A DNA stretch of 64,000 nt from contig CM119269.1 of NCBI GenBank assembly GCA_051294375.1, positions 21,794,434-21,858,433 of the forward strand. Direction: 5' to 3'. Positions 55,724 to 64,000 of the stretch are shown one piece after another. Each line of letters opens with the position of its first letter. Position 1 is the first letter of the stretch. Both the position numbers and the translations under genes were made by a program. Below the pieces are notes generated by a model. The model made no database searches, was not told the origin of the DNA, and was given only the letters and a program-made list of their open reading frames with translations. This DNA comes from Paraspadella gotoi. Taxonomy: Eukaryota; Animalia; Chaetognatha.

Positions 55724-58700
55724 GTTGGGCCCTTTTTTTTCTCATCCATTTTCCATTAATCTCCTCCAACTCTCGACTTTCTCTTTTCCTCCAGATTTTT
55801 TCCTCCTTTTACATCGAGCTCACCGATTCGCCGATTTACTCCCTCACACTCTCACACCCCTCACAACGGGTTTACCCCCCTGCCCTCTCAAACATTATTT
55901 CGCCCCTTTAACTGACTTTTTGCTGATTAATCCTTTAACCTTCTAATCATTACAATTCAAATTATGATTGACTCTTAATTTACCTCATTAATTTATTTAC
56001 TATATAACTAATTAACTCCCCAATCATTACAATCATTATTTTATCCCTTAACCGCCTTTTATGACCATTTCATAAGTTGACACTTTTTATTACCGTATAC
56101 ACTTCAATCATTAAACCATTAACTCACCCCTTAATCGATCTGAAATCTCCTTTCAACCTCCTCACCTCTCCTCACCCCTTAACTCTTTTAATCCACAGAT
56201 TCACTCACTCGATCCCCTTTCAGTTTCTCTGTGAATTGAAGTTCATCCAGTATTATCGCCTCACTCTTAAAACCATTTGATATGTCTAAAGTCGATTAAT
56301 CACAATTAACTCTTATGTACAGTAGAATCCGTCCTAGAATTTCTGAGACGGCAAGCTCTATAACTCGAGTACACATTTGTAATTTTCAAGAGAGCTTTTG
56401 TCTTGATATCGAGTTACAACTATTGGCAACGGGAGGATAGCCTGTTGATACCGGGGCGCGGGTATCTCATCAACTGGCCGTAGGGGCTGCGGCCCTCAGT
56501 GACCGCCTCCTGTCACTGGATGTTTTATACCGGCACCGTCACATTTAAGCCAAAACCGGGATACCCAGGGATTGAACCCGGGACGCACGATGATGAGATG
56601 ATTTAGTTGCTCACCATTGAGACGAGGCTGAGGACGGACAGCAGTGAGGCAGCTTTAGTCTTGCTGCCACAACACATAAGTAACTTCGGCAGTTTGACCT
56701 CTTCGTATGTTGAAATCCGGCGCGCTAAGCACTCGGCACCGCCAAATGATTTTCTAAAAAAGTTTGTTCAAATTAATTATATAAAGCTTAGTTCGCTTTT
56801 ATTTTTTGGGGGGAAACAAAAAATTCATTAATGTTTGAAATTTTGGGAAAAGTCAGAGGCAGTTGCCTCGTTGTTAAGCTGTGACGTCGAACGTTTTCAC
56901 TTTGCTTGTGTTTTATTAAGTGTTTACAATTTTCCGAAAAAAAAATAATTAAAACGTTTTCAACCTATTACTATACAACTTTTCTTTTGTGACTCACGAT
57001 GAGGTCAATTCGTATACGGGCGAAACATCAGACACTTGCCGCTTGCCATTGAGAATAAGCGACAATCGCTCACAGACTATTTCGTGATATGTTTTAAAAT
57101 CTCTTTTCCTTTAACAAAAGTAAGAAACCCCACTATCTATTTTTCATTTCTAAACTATTACCGCAATCGGTATTAGTTTGTTATGATTCCTTTTAACTCA
57201 AATTTCCGCAATTGTGGCGGGATACAACTTCTCTGCAACCTTCTCTGGACGGATCATAGCTAATATCTTTTTTTTTAGTAAATTTCATTATATTAATATT
57301 TTTTACAATCAAAAACCAAAAAAGTAGGCTAATGATTGAGAGAATAAAAGAATGAAATTGTTTTGAAAAAAGAATAATTTAGTTTTTGGTTGGCATTAAA
57401 AAAGAATAGGGAAAACTAAAATTTTTATTAAGGTTTTTTGAAGATCTTTTTTTGATTCCGAGTGGCCGCATGGGTTAAAAACTAAGCTTCGACGCGGTAT
57501 GGAATGTAGGGATTCGAATCCCACTCAAGGTAAAACTTTTACATAAAACAGCTATGTCCCAAAAGTGGTCGAGAGCAATGGCTTACCGAAGGGGAGTAGC
57601 CATATGAGTACTCGATAACAAGACAAAAACTCGCTATTCGAATTATCATTTGTACTCGAGTTACAGAGCTTCGACTTTAGAATATCAATGGTTTTAAGAG
57701 TGAGGCGATAATACTGGATGAACTTCAATTCACAGAGAAACTGAAAGGGGATCGAGTGAGTGAATCTGTGATTAAAAAGAGTTAAGGGGTGAGGAGAGGT
57801 GAGGAGGTTGAAAGGAGAGTTTCAGATCGATTAAGGGGTGAGTTAATGGTTAATGATTGAAAGTGTATACGGTAATAAAAGTGTCAACTTATGAAATGGT
57901 CATAAAAGGCGGTTAAGGGATAAAATAATGATTGTAATGATTGGGGAGTTAATTAGTTATATAGTAATAAATTAATAGGGTAAATTAAGAGGTCAATCAT
58001 AATTTGAATTGTAATGATTAGAACGGTTAAAGGATTAATCAGCAAAAAGTCAGTTAAAGGGGCGAAATAATGTTTGAGAGGGCAGGGGGGTAAACCCGTT
58101 GTGAGGGGTGTGAGGGAGTAAATCGGCGAGATCGGTGAGTTCGATGTAAAAAGGAAAAATCCTGGTAGAAAAGAGAAAGTCTGGAGTTGGGAGGAATTAA
58201 TGGAAAATGGATGGAGAAAAGGGCCCAAGAGAGAGAGGGGATGAACGGGAGAGCAGAGGGGGAAGAGGAAGGGAAAGAAGAGGAGAGAGTGGCAGGGTGA
58301 CGAGAGGAAAACAGAAAGGAACTATCCCTGTTGTCGGTAAATGGAGAGAAAGGACCGGAAAAATCTATTTATGACTCGGATCCAATAAATATAGATTGAA
58401 AGGGAGAAGAAGATTGAATTAGGAAGGAGAAATGTGAAGAAAAATTAAAATAAGGGAAAGAGAGAAAAAGATGATTAAACCGGAGGAGAATATTGAAATG
58501 AAAAAGAAAAAGAAAAGAAAAATCCGATAATTTGGGAGGAAAGAAAAAGTTATAAAAAGTTTAGAAAAAAAAAGATAAATCTTTTTTAAAATAGAAAAAG
58601 TAAACTTGAAAGTTTTTTAGAAGGTTTAAGAAAATAAAAAAACCTTAGGATGTATTATTGGGTTACCCATTCCCAGTATTTATATACTAGAAATAAATTG

Positions 58701-59304
58701 AACAAATTTTTTTTTTTAAATTGAAGGCGAAAACAATTACAACTTACCATAAGTAATTCTATTACCGGCATGTATTACGTAATTACACAATAATTACATC
58801 CTTACGAGACATCGAAAAGATTCTAACTATTATTATTTATTATAACTATTATATTATTATTATTATTATTATTATTATTACATTATTATTATTTATTTTA
58901 TTATTATTATTATTTTTTATTATAAAAAGTAGCTATCGGATTTTATCATCTTAAATAAGCTTATATTTTTTCGCGATTCTATTCAAAAAAATAACTTTTG
59001 AGATAGAAGGTAATTTAAAAGTCGAGCTGGCTCCAGCTGCTGCTGCTTACGTTAGCTTCTACCGCTTGCTGTTCCTTACCCCCGGATAATGCATCAGGTG
59101 AACAAAACTCCTGGTTTTCTCATATCACCAAAGGAATCTTTGAATATCGCGAAATGATTCAAAGAAAAAGGAAAAACTAAGGAAAAAAAGGGCGGGAAAC
59201 TACAGGAAAGAGAAAGAAAGGAAAGAAGATTAGAAGAAAGATTGAAATAAGCAAAGAAAGGTTAAGAAAGATAGACGGAGAGAAAGAAAGATAAAAAGAA
59301 TGTA
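54696..59304. repeat. Inverted repeat, arms ~54696-56274 and ~57671-59304, loop 56275-57670
   Basis: ccatttgatatgtctaaagtcga vs tcgactttagaatatcaatgg; (AAT)n at 55080-55165 mirrored by (ATT)n at 58825-58920; the right arm is indel-rich and ends near a 25-N gap. Confidence 0.9.
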
Positions 59305-59431
59305 ATCTCTCTCTTTTGTTTTTTTNNNNNNNNNNNNNNNNNNNNNNNNNGTAGAATAGGAAGCGAGAGAGAAACACATAGAGGAGCACATACAAAGCAG
59401 CAGGACAAGAGAGGAGAGAGAGAGAGAGAGA

Positions 59432-59496
<65 letters not shown>

Positions 59497-59627
59497 AATG
59501 GCGCCCAACAATTTTGCAGGGAGGAGACAGAAAATAAAACCATTTATCGTGGATGAAAAAAAATCCGCCCTAATGAGGATTGATAGAAGAACGAGAGAGG
59601 GAGGAAAAAGAGGGAGGAGAGAGAGTG

Positions 59628-59688
<61 letters not shown>

Positions 59689-59928
59689 GAAGGAATGAAC
59701 AAAACGAAATTGAAATGTTAAAAGGTGTGAAAATATCAAAAAAAGAAAAAAAAGAAAAGAAAAGAAAAGAAAAGAAAAGAAAAGAAAAGAAAAGAAAAAG
59801 AAAAAAAGAAAAGAAAAGAAAAGAAAGAAAAGAAAAGAAAAGAATCTTTTTTTTCTTTTAAAAGCGAAAGATCTCGGTTCGATGTTGAGGTTCGTTAAAG
59901 GATCACTCAATCGAGACGTATTTTGGGA

Positions 59929-60010
<82 letters not shown>

Positions 60011-60750
60011 AGGAGGAGGGGGGTTAACGAGCGTCGCCGGTCGAGAGCGAAGCTTTTAAAGAAATTCGATCCGATAAGATGGAGTTCAAGTTGATGGGGA
60101 AGAGGGAAGGCGACTGTTGATGGGGTAAGGTGATGTATAAAGCCGTAGAGGGAGATCTGAGTGGAATTTTTTTTTCGCGCTTATTTTTAAAATGTATTTT
60201 TTCACATCTTATAGAAGAGGTACTTACAACCTAAATCGTGTTATTTATTCTACGAATCGTTTAAGGACGCCGCCTTAAACTAAATGTAATCTTAACATAA
60301 CAAAGAGATAATAATCTAAAAATAGCAAATCAAGTCCGCTCACACAGTCTCCTTTTCCAATTTCCTCCAGCGAGAGGGCGTTTTTAATGCAAAAGGTAAA
60401 AAACTGTCTCCAGAACATTCCTGGGCTCAAGACTTAAGAAGAAACAGAAAAAAAAAAAAAAAAAGAACAAAAAGATGAAACAGAGGGAAAACAAGAAGGG
60501 TAATCAAATGTGTTGCACCGATGTGACTGTGACATGACATGAGCGTAAAATGACATGAATATATGATAACAATAACTTTCTTAGCCCGTATATTTATGAC
60601 ATGCACCGCACGGAAATTCTGTCTTTTGTTCTTTATAGTTTTAGGATTTTCTGAAGATGGCGTTAGCAGTCCCTTAGATTTGAGTTTTTTTCTGTCTCAA
60701 CAAATGAGCAACCAACTATAGGCAAATTATATACATTTTTAATGTAAGTG

Positions 60751-60866
60751 GGACAGACCGACGGACAGACATACCGACCAACCGACGGACCGATGGATCG
60801 ACTGACCGACGGACCAAAAAGTGACTTATAGAGTTACTCGGCGAGTATCGCGGCGCAACTAGAAAA
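60751..60866 (-). mobile_element. Helentron/HINE (DINE-1-like) non-autonomous element end with (GTCN)n microsatellite
   Basis: Minus strand: ttttctagttgcg...actctataagtcactttttggtccgtcggtcagtcg..., a T-run start followed by a GTCY-type tetranucleotide array as in DINE-1/HINE elements. Confidence 0.6.
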
Positions 60867-61439
60867 CAAGAAAAACTGTGAGTGAAAAAATCGATCACAA
60901 GTTCACAACCAGAAGGCGATGAAAAGCAGAGAGAAAGAAACTGGGATCCGTGAGTCAAGCCTTAAAGAAATTTAAAAAGAATAGGAAAAGGTTTCTGATG
61001 GCACTGTTTTCCTTATGTGTCCTATATCTGTTTATATTTCCTAATTTTAATTTTACTCAAAATATTTAACTTTGTCATCTTGTCTAAATCCCTAATCTCC
61101 AAATATAATATTTAAATTTTAATCTAAATTCTTAGTTAAGCTGAAATCGCGCACTTTGGGAAACATGACAGTTTTTTTTTTTTTTTTAGAAAAAAAAAAT
61201 TATTTGCGAATAAAGTTACTTAGATAGCGCTATCTTTATGAAATTGGTACAACAATATAAAAATTATCCATTCATTTAATAAATAAGCCATCACTTTACA
61301 AGATAATATATGCATTTTATTCGAATACAAAAGGTGATTCAGTACAATCATCATCAACAAACAACATGACTAAGTCTGAGCAAACGAAAAACATAATAAA
61401 ATAGAGAGAAAAAAAACAGTTAATTAAATAAAATTAAAT

Positions 61440-61945
61440 AATTAAAAACGTAAAAATTAAAAATTGTTCTTATGTCGTAAAAACGGAACAAAATTTCGGT
61501 TAGAGACAGTATCTTTCATGTAAGATCTTGAGATAACGGTTTTCTTACAATTATTAAAATTGTAGATAGGTGTGGTATCCAAACATACCCTAAGTTCTCT
61601 CACACTTTCCCATCGATTATATCCAAAAATCTTTCGAACACCATCATTTACAGCCACATTAAGTCGTTCATATTACGTACGGAAAAGTTTTACTTCACAA
61701 CCATAAAGGAGAACCGGACACAGTTAGTATATACAATTTCATCAATAATTCCTCTGAAGGCTTTAAAAAGGCACTTATCAGACAGTTTACTTGATCGAAA
61801 AAAAAAGATACAAATTCTTTGCTTGGCTCAAACAAGCTGTCTCTTTCACTACTAAGGTTGAACCCTAGATATGACCATGTATCAACTAGATCGATACAGT
61901 TACCATCAAGAAAAAGTATATCATTTGGAATTGTAGTTTGCCACT
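61440..61945 (-). mobile_element. 5'-truncated non-LTR retrotransposon (LINE) fragment, RT C-terminal region
   Basis: ORF 61695..62015 LFLDGNCIDLVDTWSYLG...F...NCL...LLMKLY and ORF 61457..61657 AVNDGVRKIFGYNRWESVREL resemble the YLG/thumb region of CR1/L2-group LINEs; an AT-rich tail follows. Confidence 0.7.
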
Positions 61946-62983
61946 TCAATGACATAGCAGGTCCCTGCAAGCTTATTCGTTTAAGACTGCATAGATAAAA
62001 AATTAGAAAAAACAATTTGCATATTTGAAACTGGAGAACGACGGGCTGTGCTTAGATTCATCTTTTTATTTGGCTTGTGGGATTTATACAGATTTATTTG
62101 TGGAGGTTGCATAGAAGATTAGATATTGTCAACAAATAGTATGGAACAAGGGATAAAAGAAATGTGATAAATTATAATACGTAAAGGATTGTTTATTACC
62201 AGAAAGTTACATCAATACCTAAGGATAGGGATTGGCTTTCAAGAAGAAAAGAATATTAAAACAATTGGAAAATAGAAATATTTTGCGGCAAAGAATATTG
62301 GGAAGTTCTTTTGATTCGTTTTGTTGTGAGATTAGTAAAGATAATTTGTTTTTTTATTTCGACAATGATTTATTTAATATAACATAAATAAAATCTTGTC
62401 AAATAAAAAACAAATTCTCTTTACGAGGACAAGAAATAAGAGAAAAGTCAGAAGTGAAAGAGGAGGAAAGATGGAGAAAAAATGAGACATGAAACATGGA
62501 AGATAAGAAAAAAAGGTAGGTTACTTAAGTCATTTTATCATTTCCGAATCCATAGTGAGCGTAAATGGTCTCACTCACTTGCAGAAACAATTGTGATTTT
62601 TTATGTTGTGAAATGCTCCAATTTCACACGATATCTTTTCAAACAAAAACGATTATGCAAATGAGGTTTTAACGAGGCTTTTATTTAGTTTTAAACAAGT
62701 GATCAATGCAGTATTCAATTCAGAAGAATGCCCAAAAATTAACTTTCTTTTCTGTCTTTACTTTCTCGCTGCAGTCGTAGACCCACCTCGCAAAATCCCG
62801 CCCCACTTGCGCCTTACCTCTACTTTCCACTCTCTGCCTTACCTCTTACCCTTACCCCTTACCCTTTTCTCCCTTCCGCAATCTCCCTTCCTCACTCTAA
62901 GAAATTCTGAGCCCCAACAAAACACATTTCTCCCCCTGATATTATTGTTTGCAGAGCCTCTGAGCGACGATTGACCTTTAAAT

Positions 62984-63037
<54 letters not shown>

Positions 63038-63299
63038 TCTCTCTCGCTCTCGCTCTCCCTGCGATTTCGAAGGAGTGGGTGAGGAAGAGGAGAGAGAGAG
63101 AAGAGAGAGAGAGAGGAGAGAAGAGAGAGAGATTGATTTTGACAGAAAACAACAAATAAATATGTAGCTCACCGGAACACGCGGGAGGGAGTACTGAAAG
63201 TGGTACATTAAAGTGAGGCGGAAATAAATGTTTTGAGGTCGGAGAGGGGCTGGTTTGAGGAGGAAGAAAAACCTTGTGAGGGCGTGAGAGGAGCGGCAG

Positions 63300-64000
63300 G
63301 AGATGTGAGTGTGTGGGAATTAATAATCGGCGGATCGGGAGTGAGTTCGATTGTTTAAAGGACGAAAAATCGTGGGAGAGGAAAAGAAAAGGTCGAGGAG
63401 TGTAGGAGGGAAGTGTAAGTGAGGAAAGAATGGATGGGAAGGGATAAAGGCCCACAGAGAAGAGGGAGAAGGAGAGAGAGAGGGGGGATGAACTGAGAGA
63501 GAGAGAGAGGAAGAAGGAGAGAGAGTGGGGTGGAGAGAGAAAAACAGAAAAGGACATCCCTTGTCGGTAAATGAGAGAGAAAGACGGAAAAATCTATTTA
63601 TACTCGGATCCAATAAAAATAAGATTGAAAGGGAAGAAGAAGATCTCGAATTAGGAAGGAGAAATGTGAAGAAATAAAAAGGAAGGAGAAGAAGAAGAAA
63701 GATAAAACGGAAGGAGATATGAAATGAAAAAGAAAAAGAAAAGAAAAATCGATAATTTGGGGGGAAAAAAAGATAAAAAGTTTAAAAAAAAAAAGATAAA
63801 ATTTTTAAAATAAAAAGTAAAACTTGAAAAGGTTTTAAGAAGGTTTTAAGAAAATAAAAAAACTTAAGAGTATTAATGGTTACATTCAGTTATTATAAAA
63901 AATTAGGATTAATTGAACAATTTCTTTTTTTTAAATTGAGGCGAAAAACAATACAACTATACCATAAGTAAAAATTTTATACCGGCATGTATTACGTAAT
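63300..64000 (-). repeat. Third copy (inverted) of 55200-55880, running off the window end
   Basis: ORF 63320..63613 begins with the same translation as 55571..55759; the sequence ends ...ccggcatgtattacgtaat, the reverse complement of ~55202-55220. Confidence 0.9.

Overview
Eukaryotic (metazoan-like) repeat-dominated scaffold. I can support no intact host gene, and almost all ORFs in the supplied track are translations of (GA)n, (GAC)n or poly-pyrimidine tracts or of N gaps. Recognisable content: (1) a frameshifted BEL/Pao LTR retrotransposon gag-pol on the minus strand (1-~4900); (2) a related, LTR-bounded BEL/Pao deletion derivative (16412-21273) that keeps gag and the integrase tail but lacks PR-RT-RH-IN core, with its empty target site visible in two other copies of the same segment; (3) tRNA-derived SINEs, MITE-like foldbacks, Helentron/HINE-like ends, a LINE 3' fragment and a 78-bp perfect palindrome carrying a Penelope-type minimal hammerhead; (4) several minisatellites; (5) kilobase-scale nested inverted and tandem duplications. 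Their junctions often coincide with exactly-25-N gaps and indel-rich sequence, so much of this architecture is probably haplotype/gap-filling redundancy rather than true genome structure. All alignments were made by eye, and coordinates of degenerate ends are approximate.
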